Assembly (NCBI GenBank): GCA_030018435.1
Contig: JASEEY010000005.1
Span: 38 to 64,037, forward strand
DNA: 64,000 bases
Reading direction: 5' to 3'
DNA from: Methanocellales archaeon
Lineage (GTDB): Archaea; Halobacteriota; UBA148; JAUWXC01
Positions 41,434 through 51,382 of this stretch are shown in pieces; the stretch's first letter is position 1, and the number at the start of each line of letters is the position of its first letter. Below the pieces are notes generated by a model. The model was given only the letters and a program-made list of their open reading frames with translations. It was not told where the DNA came from and ran no database searches. The translations under genes were made by a program, and so were the position numbers.

Positions 41434-42458
41434 CGAATTCCTGCGTCAAACCATATCTTGCACATTCCTTCGCGACTCACCATGCATGGACCAATTGGAC
41501 TGGTAGGAAGACATTTTTTGCCGAATAACGGGCAGTCTGTCGGCGTTGCCAATCCTCTGAGCAACTCGTCGCACCTGCACCCTTTTGCAGGTTTGCCCTC
41601 TTTTAGCCTGATCCCATACTTCTTGACCGCATCATATTGTTGAAACTCATCCTTAAGCATGAGCCCAGATTTTGAGATGGTTGGAAAGCCTCTCCAGACC
41701 GCATCTACTTGGTTGAATACATCATTCATCATTTTCAGCGCCTTTACATTGCCATCATATCTAACCGCCCTGGGGTAGGCATTCTCCACCGTCGCCCGGC
41801 CTTCCACGACTTGTTTTACCAGCATGTGCAACCCGTATAAAACATCAAGAGGTTCAAATCCCGCTATAACTTGAGGCACGGGAAACGCCTCATATGGTCT
41901 AACGCCTATGATCGTGGATACGTGTCCAGGCAGTAAGAGACCATTCAGTTTCGCCTCGCCTCGCTCGAGAAGCCATTTTATTGCAGGTGGAATTAGCCTG
42001 TGCGAGCACAATATCGAGAAATTGTCTGGAGGGTGTCGCAATATGGCAGATGCGGTTGTGGGTGCCGTCGTCTCAAAGCCGATCGCCATAAAAACCGTTT
42101 CCTCATGCTCTGCAATTTCAGCCGCTCTGCTCACACTCTGAACGATTTTCGCCTTACCAGTGGATGCAAGCGAGCCATTCGAACCCGGCACCCTGAGCAA
42201 ATCGCCGAAGGTGGTTATCGTAACGCCTTCTTCAGCGAGTTTCATTGCCGCGTCGATCTCCGATTTTGGTGTGATACATACCGGACAGCCGGGACCCATG
42301 ATGACGTTAAGATTTTCAGGCAGAAGCGCTCTAATTCCGTGCTTGACTATCGCGGCCTCATGAGTGCCGCAAACGTGCATGAGTTTGATTTCCCTATCTC
42401 CAACTGTGTCGTGTATCTTATTGGAAAGCGCCCTCGCGATTTTTTGACTTGACTGCAT
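41430..42458 (-). CDS. hypD: [NiFe]-hydrogenase maturation factor HypD
   Basis: CGTHE, GPGCPVC and a C-terminal Cys cluster. Confidence 0.85.
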   Translation of the reverse strand: MQSSQKIARALSNKIHDTVGDREIKLMHVCGTHEAAIVKHGIRALLPENLNVIMGPGCPVCITPKSEIDAAMKLAEEGVTITTFGDLLRVPGSNGSLASTGKAKIVQSVSRAAEIAEHEETVFMAIGFETTAPTTASAILRHPPDNFSILCSHRLIPPAIKWLLERGEAKLNGLLLPGHVSTIIGVRPYEAFPVPQVIAGFEPLDVLYGLHMLVKQVVEGRATVENAYPRAVRYDGNVKALKMMNDVFNQVDAVWRGFPTISKSGLMLKDEFQQYDAVKKYGIRLKEGKPAKGCRCDELLRGLATPTDCPLFGKKCLPTSPIGPCMVSREGMCKIWFDAGIR

Positions 42459-42459
42459 C

Positions 42460-43740
42460 TCAACCCCACTTTTCCATGGCGACTTTCAGTTCTTTATGGG
42501 TGCGCGAATAGTCCTCCAATGGGATGTCGCCCAATGCTGCGTCGAGAGCCTGTCTAACTGCCATAGCGCCAGCCCTTGTCCCCCATGGATGTCCATGGAC
42601 ACCACCGCCAAATTGCATTATTATATCCATTCCAAAAATTTCAATTAATTTTGGCACCATGGTCGGCTGTAAGCCGCCAGAAGCTACGGGAAATAAAGGT
42701 TTGATGCTGCCCCAATCCTGCTCTAAAACATTCAATCTGCGATTTTCCTTGACATGATTTAGAACACAACTATCCCTTATTGCCAAAACCTCTTCTTTTT
42801 CTCCGTGCATTTTTCCTATCACAGTTCCGATGTGCAGTTGGTCCAATCCGATCAGTCTCACCAATTTTGCGATGATCTGCATTGAAATGCCATGTCTCGG
42901 GTTTCTCGTCATAGCAGAATGCATGCATCTGTGTGCGTGCAAAACAAGGTCTAACGTTTCGTTTTCTTCTCTCAACGTTTGCAGCGCAGTAAAGCCTGTT
43001 GGGATGATATCGATCATGGCATATTCTCCCCCCTGTTCTTTGATGAATTGCGCCCTCCTTAGCATCTCATCGCATGTGGGAGCGGTGATGTTCGCTGCAT
43101 ACACCTTTCTATCCCCTGTCTCTTTTTCTGCTTTATCTCTCAATTTTAACGTTTTTATGACCCGCTTCTCAAAAGGATTGAATGTCTGGTTCGTCAGATT
43201 TTCGTCATCCTTCACCAGATCAATGCCACCGAGCCACGCTTTATAAGCGACCTGCGCGTGTTTTTCAGAACTTAGCCCCACCTTTGGTTTAACGATGGTC
43301 CCGCATAGCGGCCTGTTTTTAACGTTCAGCAGCTTTCTAACTCCAGGAATCCCGAATTTTGGGCCTTTGAAGTTTTTGATGACCTTCTTGGGAAACGACA
43401 CATCCTGCAGTCTTAGGTTGGTCAAAAGTTTCATGCTGAATATGTTGCCTGCGATGCTGCTCAGCAATTGGGGTATGCTGTTGATCTCGAACAAATCCAT
43501 ATGGTAGGCGATTTTTACGGTCTTCGTTTTCTGATTTACATCAAAAGCATGTGGTTTAAGCTTTTTAGCCAGCTTCGGGCTCAAGGTCAAGATGTCCGTC
43601 CACGTGTCTATGGAGGATTCCCCGGCTATGTTCACACAAGTCCTCTCAAAGTCAATCCCTCTAGCAGGCTCTACGTAATACTCGCAGACCAGATCGTTCT
43701 TTGCCGGTTCGTATCCCAGGTCTATATATTCTTCCCGCAT
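42460..43740 (-). CDS. rbcL: Ribulose-1,5-bisphosphate carboxylase large subunit, archaeal form III
   Basis: 426 aa; GGIDLVKDDEN RuBisCO active-site motif. Confidence 0.9.
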   Translation of the reverse strand: MREEYIDLGYEPAKNDLVCEYYVEPARGIDFERTCVNIAGESSIDTWTDILTLSPKLAKKLKPHAFDVNQKTKTVKIAYHMDLFEINSIPQLLSSIAGNIFSMKLLTNLRLQDVSFPKKVIKNFKGPKFGIPGVRKLLNVKNRPLCGTIVKPKVGLSSEKHAQVAYKAWLGGIDLVKDDENLTNQTFNPFEKRVIKTLKLRDKAEKETGDRKVYAANITAPTCDEMLRRAQFIKEQGGEYAMIDIIPTGFTALQTLREENETLDLVLHAHRCMHSAMTRNPRHGISMQIIAKLVRLIGLDQLHIGTVIGKMHGEKEEVLAIRDSCVLNHVKENRRLNVLEQDWGSIKPLFPVASGGLQPTMVPKLIEIFGMDIIMQFGGGVHGHPWGTRAGAMAVRQALDAALGDIPLEDYSRTHKELKVAMEKWG

Positions 43741-43748
43741 TCTTTCCC

Positions 43749-44819
43749 TTAACCATTTATCTTCTTCAAATACGATTCATATTCTTCGACTACTTCACCA
43801 AGATCGTGAACATCGAACAGATTAAGCCCTGTGAACTCGTTGGCTGCTGCCATATACATCCTGCCGACTATTTCTCTTAGCCCAGGGTCCAATTTTGGCG
43901 GCTGAGATCTACATAAACCCTTCCAGTCTTTGAGCCCTTTGGCATCCGCCTCTCTTTTTGCCTCCTCGACATCTTGGGACCACTTGGTATTCTTGTAGAA
44001 CTGTCTTGCGATCTCTTTGCTTACATGCAGGCCTTTGTACGTAAATCTGCATTCGTCCAAGGTTCCAATGACGTCCACGACCATTAATCTCCTATCGGGA
44101 TCGAGTGCCAGCTCAATTTTCCCATCCTCGTTTTTTAGGTCGGCTTTGGCGGCGATCTCCGTGATCAAATTGTCTGCGTGCAGCAATATTTCCTTGGCTT
44201 CTGCAATTTCATCGTCCCTCATACCCGACATCCGCTGTGCTTCCGACCAGGTTATGTACCTATCCCTTTCCTCCAACTTCGTGCTTACCTCAAAAATCGG
44301 CGTTTTAAGTTTTTCCTCTGGTTTGGGGTAATAGTCCAATCCTAAATCCTGATAGGTGATCTCTCCTTTCTTTAACCGTCGGAAGATGCTCGAACCTGGG
44401 GGCAGAGCGTTCCTATATATGACTTCCAGAGGGAGCAAAAAATTGCCTTCATCGTTTTCAGCCAGTTTGGCGAATATGTCGTAGTTGTATGCACCCCCAT
44501 GGAATTCGGGTTTAAATACCCTCACCAAACTGATTTCCATGACACTAATGGGCTCTTCCAGCTCCATAGTCGTAACGAGTTTCCCATTGGGTGATACCAG
44601 ACCTTTATAATGCGTCTTTATCCCTCGTTTCTCTAACTCCTCGAAACAATAAGCGCCCATCATGCACAAGGCTTCACCCTTATTCTCAATGAGATCGGGC
44701 ATCTCCCCCCAGTCAAAAACAGAATATCGGTCTGAGAAATGAAATCTCGCTACTCCCATATCACCCTTTGTCGGTGGCTTCATGATCTCCAAATCCTTTA
44801 CACTGCCCATCTTGTTCAC
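43749..44819 (-). CDS. SAICAR-synthetase (PurC) family protein, long form with internal insertion
   Basis: N-terminal GSVKDL..ARFHFSDRYSVFDWG and ..DVIGTLDECRF resemble the PurC ATP/substrate motifs; 356 aa. Confidence 0.5.
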   Translation of the reverse strand: MNKMGSVKDLEIMKPPTKGDMGVARFHFSDRYSVFDWGEMPDLIENKGEALCMMGAYCFEELEKRGIKTHYKGLVSPNGKLVTTMELEEPISVMEISLVRVFKPEFHGGAYNYDIFAKLAENDEGNFLLPLEVIYRNALPPGSSIFRRLKKGEITYQDLGLDYYPKPEEKLKTPIFEVSTKLEERDRYITWSEAQRMSGMRDDEIAEAKEILLHADNLITEIAAKADLKNEDGKIELALDPDRRLMVVDVIGTLDECRFTYKGLHVSKEIARQFYKNTKWSQDVEEAKREADAKGLKDWKGLCRSQPPKLDPGLREIVGRMYMAAANEFTGLNLFDVHDLGEVVEEYESYLKKING

Positions 44820-46276
44820 CCTAAGAATTTTCTCATCTGCGCAGCCTCGATGATAAGCTCTTGCATATCGCTAAACTGCTCCTTTTTTAAGCGATTTATT
44901 ATCTGATTTGTCGCTCGTTCGTGTTCCTCATTAGTTTCAAACTCGACGATGTCTAACCTTAATCTTTTTGTCAGTGATGACGGCAGAATTTTCAGGACAT
45001 CTTTATTAAAATAACATAAAGCATCTTTTAGGTCGTTCTCAAAACCCCTATAAATGCTTCTGAAATACTCTATGTCCTCATCACGTAACATATTTATGCC
45101 TAAGATCTCTGGCGGCAAGCCTATAGAGTATAAAGAAGCGCAAAACACTATTGCCCTGGGCAAAGATACTTTTCCAAGAGAGCGGGGGTATCCAAACAAA
45201 CCTATGTGTAATTTCCTCCTTCTTCGTTGAGGAACGTATGTAGCTACCTGATTGATCAAAGGAGCTAAAATTTGGATCTGCTTTCTGTACTCCTTTGAGA
45301 TTCTCGCGACTATTTCTAAGCACCTCTCTTCATCGACTGTTATCGGTTCACTCCTTTTTCTCCTCTTAATCTCGTCAATGGCTTCCTTCACTTTTTCCTC
45401 TGGATGATCATATTTAAAGGTTGATTGTATTGTAAATGTTTGTACACTTGGATAACCCCCAAGACAATTGTCTACATTTGTCGGTTTGAAATTGCCCCTA
45501 AAGGGTGCAGAGCCTGCCCCAATAATGGGCAGAATATCCACGGAAATTTGCTCCGCAAGCTCCTGAAGCCTTTGCAAAGCTATTTTATTGATCAGTATTG
45601 CACTTGTAGAGCCGTAATTTTCGGCCGGGTCGCTCCTCGCCAGAAAGACGCGCTGATAATCAACTTTTTTATTTTTGAGATACTCTTTGACTATATTGTG
45701 TGCATTTAGTATGTGCTCTTTTTCTTCTAGTAGGGGGATTACATTGATTTCCCTTGGCTTGAATTCGCCGATCCACTTGGCAATCGTAATGTCTCCCTTA
45801 AAGAACAGCTTATTTTGTTTTCCTACAACGAAATTTTTGTAATACTGGTAAACTCTGTTCAAACACTTCGACGATGTCGTCATGGGTAAGATCACCTCAA
45901 ATATCGGCGAGATGTCTTCTTGGTAAAAAAGCTTGGCTATATCAAAAGAGCGTGGGATGCTCTCCAAAGTTTCCAATAATATTTTTGCCTCACCCTTTTC
46001 AACGGTAGGATTAGGGACCCTTAACGTGAGGAATACATCTTCCCCCAATTTGTTATCCTCAAAGAAGCGTTCGTACTTCGTTAATAACTTTTTAACTACA
46101 AAATTGTCAACCTCTTTACCTTCATGATCCCACATTTGCTCTTCGCATCCCAAATGAGAGAATGCATAGTATGCTTCCCTTATTTCATCCTCTCCTCCGA
46201 GGGTGGTATCCTCTGCAAAAAAGGGGGATGTCACATTGTCTGGATGCTGTGAACTCATACACCTTGGTACTCTCAT
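44816..46276 (-). CDS. ppcA: Archaeal-type phosphoenolpyruvate carboxylase
   Basis: N-terminus MRVPRCMSSQHPDNV matches the atPEPC hallmark; 486 aa. Confidence 0.8.
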   Translation of the reverse strand: MRVPRCMSSQHPDNVTSPFFAEDTTLGGEDEIREAYYAFSHLGCEEQMWDHEGKEVDNFVVKKLLTKYERFFEDNKLGEDVFLTLRVPNPTVEKGEAKILLETLESIPRSFDIAKLFYQEDISPIFEVILPMTTSSKCLNRVYQYYKNFVVGKQNKLFFKGDITIAKWIGEFKPREINVIPLLEEKEHILNAHNIVKEYLKNKKVDYQRVFLARSDPAENYGSTSAILINKIALQRLQELAEQISVDILPIIGAGSAPFRGNFKPTNVDNCLGGYPSVQTFTIQSTFKYDHPEEKVKEAIDEIKRRKRSEPITVDEERCLEIVARISKEYRKQIQILAPLINQVATYVPQRRRRKLHIGLFGYPRSLGKVSLPRAIVFCASLYSIGLPPEILGINMLRDEDIEYFRSIYRGFENDLKDALCYFNKDVLKILPSSLTKRLRLDIVEFETNEEHERATNQIINRLKKEQFSDMQELIIEAAQMRKFLG

Positions 46277-46357
46277 CTCATCGTCATTCTACGTATGAGC
46301 ATTATATAGTTAATGTTGATTGAAAGGCTTAATATTCTATAAAACCATGATAAGGCG

Positions 46358-47281
46358 ATGATGTCTATATGGCTACACCTATTGCTTTTCTTGGTTGGGC
46401 TCGTTTTACTGGTCAAAGGGTCTGATTATCTGGTAGATGGGGCATCTCATTTGGCTATGAATCTGGGCGTATCTTCCATGGTTGTCGGGTTGACTATCGT
46501 CGCATATGGAACATCGCTGCCAGAATTTGCGGTGAGCTTTGCGGCATCTTTAGGTGGCATGGATGATATCGCCCTTGGAAACATAATCGGGTCAAACATA
46601 GCAAACATCTGCTTAATTCTGGGTCTTAGTGCGGTGATAAGACCGTTGAAAGTGCACATCTCTGTTGTAAAAAAAGAGATGCTCATCATGTTGGGAGCTG
46701 CGCTTGCCATGACTTTTATGCTATGGGATGGGGAGATGGATAGAATAGATGGCGCGATATTACTAATCGGCTTTGCTGCGTACCTAACTTTTTTCGTGCA
46801 CGAAGTCATTAAAGCGAACAAAAGCGAAGCAAAGCACCAGCACGCCCCTTTTTGGCGCAACGCCCTTATAATCGTCGGCGGTCTGGTGGCGGTTTCATTA
46901 GGTGCCAGGTTATTAGTGGACTCATCAGTGAGCATAGCTCGACAAATAGAGGTGAGCGAGTACATAATCGGCTTGACGGTCATCGCAGTAGGGACATCGC
47001 TGCCAGAACTCGCGACGTCGGCAATGGCATCGTACAAAAATAAAGGCGACATTGCAGTGGGCAACATCATAGGAAGCATTTCGTTTAACATACTGCTCGT
47101 TCTCGGCGCATGCGCCGTGATACTGCCCCTCGTCTTGCATACATTCTTCGACTTGTATCTGATGTGTGGGGTGTGCGCGCTCATACTGGGGCTATTTCGG
47201 ACGGGGTTGACACTGACGCGCTTGGAGGGTGTGTTGTTGCTGATTGGTTATGGCGCGTATATGGCGTATCTATTTCTCTAG
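46358..47281 (+). CDS. Ca2+/cation antiporter (CaCA / YrbG family)
   Basis: Two internal alpha-repeats with GTSLPE motifs; 307 aa polytopic. Confidence 0.85.
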   Translation: MMSIWLHLLLFLVGLVLLVKGSDYLVDGASHLAMNLGVSSMVVGLTIVAYGTSLPEFAVSFAASLGGMDDIALGNIIGSNIANICLILGLSAVIRPLKVHISVVKKEMLIMLGAALAMTFMLWDGEMDRIDGAILLIGFAAYLTFFVHEVIKANKSEAKHQHAPFWRNALIIVGGLVAVSLGARLLVDSSVSIARQIEVSEYIIGLTVIAVGTSLPELATSAMASYKNKGDIAVGNIIGSISFNILLVLGACAVILPLVLHTFFDLYLMCGVCALILGLFRTGLTLTRLEGVLLLIGYGAYMAYLFL

Positions 47282-47330
47282 ATTGACAGCGCCAGCTCTA
47301 ATTCCTAATACGATAAAAAGATGTCTCCAC

Positions 47331-47639
47331 TCACGAACTTATCTGTTCAGCTGCAAACCCCCTATTTATAAGCAGTTCCTTTACTCGGTCTTTGTGGTTC
47401 CCCTGTAGTTCTATCCTCCTGTCTTTGATCGTCCCTCCGCACGCAAGTTTCGACTTTAGATGACTGGAAAGTTCATCGATATCAATCTCATGTGGGTCCA
47501 ATCCCTCAATGATGGTAACCTCCTTTCCGTATCTCCTGGTATCCACTTTTACCACTATTCTCTGCTGTTCTTTTGCAACCTCCTCGCAGATGCAAAGTTC
47601 GCTTGGTAGGCCGCAAATCGGACACATTTCTGAACTCAT
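47331..47639 (-). CDS. Translation initiation factor aSUI1/eIF1 homolog
   Basis: N-terminal CPICG..CIC zinc ribbon plus SUI1 domain (LACGGT). Confidence 0.85.
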   Translation of the reverse strand: MSSEMCPICGLPSELCICEEVAKEQQRIVVKVDTRRYGKEVTIIEGLDPHEIDIDELSSHLKSKLACGGTIKDRRIELQGNHKDRVKELLINRGFAAEQISS

Positions 47640-47721
47640 CTTTGTGAAGACCTCCAGAAGCCACTATATATCTTATATTAGATAAACTTATGATGTGCCA
47701 AGGATACTATGGTTTATGTGA

Positions 47722-47795
47722 GGGCTCGTGGTCTAGTTGGTTATGACGTCGCCTTGACATGGCGGAGGTCGCCGGTTCGAATCCGGCCGGGCCCA
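47722..47795 (+). tRNA. tRNA-Val (GAC)
   Basis: Manual cloverleaf; anticodon loop TTGACAT; T-arm GGTTCGAATCC. Confidence 0.8.
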
Positions 47796-47857
47796 TCAAA
47801 AGGTATAAACTTGAAAAACGTACAAGATAACGTCGGTTAAAAGGTGCCGACACTTTT

Positions 47858-47931
47858 GCCCTGGTAGCTCAGCCTGGGAGAGCGTGCGGCTGAAGACCGC
47901 ATTGTCCCCGGTTCAAATCCGGGTCAGGGCA
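47858..47931 (+). tRNA. tRNA-Phe (GAA)
   Basis: Manual cloverleaf; anticodon loop CTGAAGA; T-arm GGTTCAAATCC. Confidence 0.8.
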
Positions 47932-47951
47932 TGCGCATTCGCTCAAACTTT

Positions 47952-48023
47952 GCGCTGGTAGTGTAGTGGTTATCACTATGGCTTGCCAAGCCATAAACCC
48001 GGGTTCGAATCCCGGCTAGCGCA
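47952..48023 (+). tRNA. tRNA-Gly (GCC)
   Basis: Manual cloverleaf; anticodon loop TTGCCAA; T-arm GGTTCGAATCC. Confidence 0.8.
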
Positions 48024-48049
48024 TGACGAAGGAATGCGATGGCCGGCAT

Positions 48050-49261
48050 CTAAAAGCTGGCCAGTGTTTTCTGAAATTTAAAATCGTGTATGAGTTTTGC
48101 CTCTTTTTTCCATCTGCGCAACGGAGTTCTTATTCTTGTAGCGACATCGTTGAGCGCGGCATCAGCAGTCTCAAACCGCTTTGGCTCTTGCCTCATCGCG
48201 TCTCTGACCGCCTCCCTAATCACCCAGACACCCAGCGGCGCCCAATAGTCTGGGAGGATTTCCCGCACGATAAAAATCGATGCCTGCCTTTTGATATTCT
48301 CCAGATATTCAACAACGCCAAGACGCGCGGCATAGTATCCTCCAGCCAAAAGAGAATATGTCCTCTTGCCGCCATATCCCTCTCTATCGGCGCCGACCCA
48401 CGTTCCCTCACCCACCCATACAGACCTCGGCATCCATATCTCTATCAGTTCAAAGGAAAATGGACGAGGAAGCAAAAGTATCTCGAACCTATTGCCGAAT
48501 CTCTGTGTGCTGAAAAGCCGGATCTCATCTAATACGGAGTGGTCTTTCACCCTTGCGATTAATTCCTTGCCAACTATGTCGTCCGTGGCAGTAATTGCCC
48601 ACCTCGTTGGAACGAGTCTGCGATCTTTCTTCCGCCCCAACAGTCCGACGGAAAGGAGTCTGTTGATATGATAAACTGAGATATCGCTCTCGTACAACTC
48701 TGTAGTAGCATTTGCAGCCAAGACATCTTTATCAGAGACCAGATAGTCGACCTTTCGCGGAACGGATGGGTTTTCAGTTATGCTCATATCCTTGAGTGTG
48801 CCAGAAGGCCCCATTGGGCTTAAGATGCCGTCAAAGCGCAACTCCATCTTAGGCGGCTTGAGAAATTTGACCTCTGTGTCAACAGGCGCAGACGCCATCG
48901 CGAGCATTTGCGTTTTAATCAGAAGGCGATCACTCAGCACGCGTGGGCTTCTGACATTCAACCGAGTATTGGATCGAACGAGATTTGAGCGCAATCCAAT
49001 TACATCTTCTATCCCTTTGCCCAACCATTGGGCTGGGTCATCGTATATCCGTGCATCTTTGGCAGCGATCTCCGGAGGAACCAATGGACCTAATCTAACG
49101 TCCGGATACCCAACTCGCCCGACGAATACCGATGGAGGAGAGGCACCAAAGATGCTGTCACCTATTGAGGCACGTTTAATCGCGCAAAATTTTGCAAGTA
49201 TGGGGCAAAAAGGTCGCCCGCACAATCCCCTGCCCTTGCATATGACACACCGAGTTTCCAT
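48050..49261 (-). CDS. Nre-family (NreA-like) DNA repair protein
   Basis: N-terminal CxxCxGRGLCGRPFCP zinc motif at the trimmed start METRCVICKG, typical of archaeal Nre proteins. Confidence 0.55.
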   Translation of the reverse strand: METRCVICKGRGLCGRPFCPILAKFCAIKRASIGDSIFGASPPSVFVGRVGYPDVRLGPLVPPEIAAKDARIYDDPAQWLGKGIEDVIGLRSNLVRSNTRLNVRSPRVLSDRLLIKTQMLAMASAPVDTEVKFLKPPKMELRFDGILSPMGPSGTLKDMSITENPSVPRKVDYLVSDKDVLAANATTELYESDISVYHINRLLSVGLLGRKKDRRLVPTRWAITATDDIVGKELIARVKDHSVLDEIRLFSTQRFGNRFEILLLPRPFSFELIEIWMPRSVWVGEGTWVGADREGYGGKRTYSLLAGGYYAARLGVVEYLENIKRQASIFIVREILPDYWAPLGVWVIREAVRDAMRQEPKRFETADAALNDVATRIRTPLRRWKKEAKLIHDFKFQKTLASF

Positions 49262-49328
49262 ACATGAATTCGTTTGAATACGACAAGATTTAAGTTTTGT
49301 TAACGTCGTAACGTTAGCGAGTGAGAAT

Positions 49329-50114
49329 ATGGCTTTGTTAGAGATCAAGGACCTTCATGTGAAGGTAGACGGCAAGGAGATTTTGAGGGGGGTCAACTTG
49401 GAGATAGACAAGGGGGAAGTACACGTTCTTTTGGGCCCCAACGCATCCGGCAAGACGACCCTGGCCATGACGATAATTGGAATGCCCGCCTATAAGGTAT
49501 CAGAGGGCAAGATGCTTTTTGATGGAGAAGATCTTGCCAATTTGGATCCCACACAGCGCGCGAAAAAGGGGATAGGTTTCGTATTCCAGTTCCCGCCTGC
49601 AATCAGGGGAGTAAAACTCCGCGACATAATCAGGCTTTGCGGTGGGAAAGATGCCTGGGACCCGAGCAAGGAGCCCGAGGAAAAATTTGCCATCGAGATG
49701 CTTGAAAAGGTCGGACTTCCCTCCAATTTTAGGGAGAGAGATGTAAACGTTGGTTTTTCTGGGGGCGAGAAGAAAAGGTCTGAGCTGGCGCAAATTTTGG
49801 CAATGAAGCCACGTCTCATGGTTTTAGATGAGCCCGACTCCGGCGTGGATATCGATTCTCTTAAACTGATCGGAAAGCGGGTAGACGACTTTGTCAAGGA
49901 AACCGGGAGCTCACTGCTTCTGATTACCCATTACAGGCACATCCTGCAATACGTCGAGACTGGCTTTGCCCATGTAATGTGCGGGGGCAAAATAATCGTC
50001 ACAGGCGACCCAGAAGACATTTTATCGAGGATAGAGGAGGAAGGGTACTGCGCATATGTCGATGTCTGTCCGCCGGAGATAAAGAAAGACATGGAAAAAT
50101 TCATGCATGTCTGA
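49329..50114 (+). CDS. sufC: Fe-S cluster assembly ATPase SufC
   Basis: ABC ATPase Walker A GPNASGKTT and SGGEKKR signature. Confidence 0.9.
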   Translation: MALLEIKDLHVKVDGKEILRGVNLEIDKGEVHVLLGPNASGKTTLAMTIIGMPAYKVSEGKMLFDGEDLANLDPTQRAKKGIGFVFQFPPAIRGVKLRDIIRLCGGKDAWDPSKEPEEKFAIEMLEKVGLPSNFRERDVNVGFSGGEKKRSELAQILAMKPRLMVLDEPDSGVDIDSLKLIGKRVDDFVKETGSSLLLITHYRHILQYVETGFAHVMCGGKIIVTGDPEDILSRIEEEGYCAYVDVCPPEIKKDMEKFMHV

Positions 50115-50122
50115 GGGGGTAC

Positions 50123-51382
50123 ATGTTTCCAAAATGGTATGCTGACAAAAGAGGAAAGGCAAAAGAGCTTTTAAAGGAGGCGAAACCCGCCAAATATGGC
50201 CCGGATGTAGACCTGGGCGCTTTTAATTTGCAGGCACCTTCCCATGTGAAAATAAACGGACTGGCGGACCTTGAAAAAGATGTTAGAAGCGCTTCCAAGG
50301 TGGTGGGAACCAGGGATGACGAACAATACAGAAGTGGCACCTATTTTCAGTACGACAACGATGTGGTATACTTAAAGTACAGCGAGCAGTTGAAAGAACA
50401 CACCCCAAAAGGATTAATCGTTCTTAACACGGATGATGCAGTTCAAACGTATCCATGGCTGGAGAAGTACTGGTTCAAGGAATTGCCCATGGGACTGGAC
50501 AAATACACTACCTACGTAGCGGCAAACTCAGTTGGCGGAGCCTTCGTCTGGGTGCAGGAAGACGTCAGGATAGAGCATCCCATCCAAGCGTGTTTGTTTA
50601 TGGGAACCAATAGGATGGTCCAGACTCCCCACAATATCATCATCGCCGAGCCCCGCTCGAAGGTTCACCTGATAACCGGCTGCACCGTCCATCCCAAATG
50701 TGAGACGGCAGCGCACGTCGCTGCAACCGAGATTTATGTCAAGGAGGGGGCAGAAGTTACTTGGTCGATGATACACTCCTGGGGGGAGGGGTTTCACATA
50801 AGACCGAGGATGGGGGCCGTCGTCGAAGATGGGGCAACCCTCATGATAAATTATATCCTGTTATCACCGGTCAAATCCATCCAGATGTATCCCACTGTGG
50901 TCCTTAAAGGCAAAGGAGCAAGGGTGAACTTCAGAAATCTGATTTTCGGCAGGGGGAAATCGAACGTCGATGTCGGCAGTGGCGTCATTTTATCGGGTGA
51001 AGAAAGCAGGGGGGAAATCAACAGCAGAGCGGTCATAATGGACGAGGCGACAATAGATATGAGAGGTCTGTTGCGCGGAAATAAACCGAACACGAAAGGA
51101 CATCTCGAGTGCAGGGGATTGTTGTTGAGCGATAGGGCAAAGGCCAAGGCGCACCCGAGCCTGGATGCCAGAACAAATGAAGCTGACCTGACTCATGAAG
51201 CGGCGGTCGGGAAGATCGCTGAGGAGGAGCTATTTTATCTCATGACCAGGGGGTTGAGCAAGGATGAGGCGACTTCCCTGATAGCAAGAGGATTCCTCGA
51301 CACGGATATCCCCGGCCTGCCGCCAACACTTCAGGCGGAAATCGGCAGGATAGTCTCAATGACGACAAAGGAAGTTATGTAA
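50123..51382 (+). CDS. sufB: Fe-S cluster assembly protein SufB/SufD
   Basis: SufBD family; start trimmed to the ATG at 50123 after the sufC stop. Confidence 0.85.
   Translation: MFPKWYADKRGKAKELLKEAKPAKYGPDVDLGAFNLQAPSHVKINGLADLEKDVRSASKVVGTRDDEQYRSGTYFQYDNDVVYLKYSEQLKEHTPKGLIVLNTDDAVQTYPWLEKYWFKELPMGLDKYTTYVAANSVGGAFVWVQEDVRIEHPIQACLFMGTNRMVQTPHNIIIAEPRSKVHLITGCTVHPKCETAAHVAATEIYVKEGAEVTWSMIHSWGEGFHIRPRMGAVVEDGATLMINYILLSPVKSIQMYPTVVLKGKGARVNFRNLIFGRGKSNVDVGSGVILSGEESRGEINSRAVIMDEATIDMRGLLRGNKPNTKGHLECRGLLLSDRAKAKAHPSLDARTNEADLTHEAAVGKIAEEELFYLMTRGLSKDEATSLIARGFLDTDIPGLPPTLQAEIGRIVSMTTKEVM

Noticed and set aside
42458-42460. The 1-nt rbcL-hypD junction as a sign of a fused or frameshifted gene
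   Set aside because: Both proteins are full-length with intact N- and C-terminal motifs. Tight spacing is normal for archaeal operons.
48023-48532. 169-aa plus-strand ORF overlapping tRNA-Gly and antisense to the Nre gene
   Set aside because: It starts inside the tRNA and lies entirely antisense to a well-supported CDS with no recognisable family. It is treated as a spurious ORF.
49979-50122. Long N-terminal extension of sufB overlapping sufC in another frame
   Set aside because: The extension is Arg-rich and low-complexity and overlaps the end of sufC. The ATG at 50123, right after the sufC stop, gives a normal SufB N-terminus.
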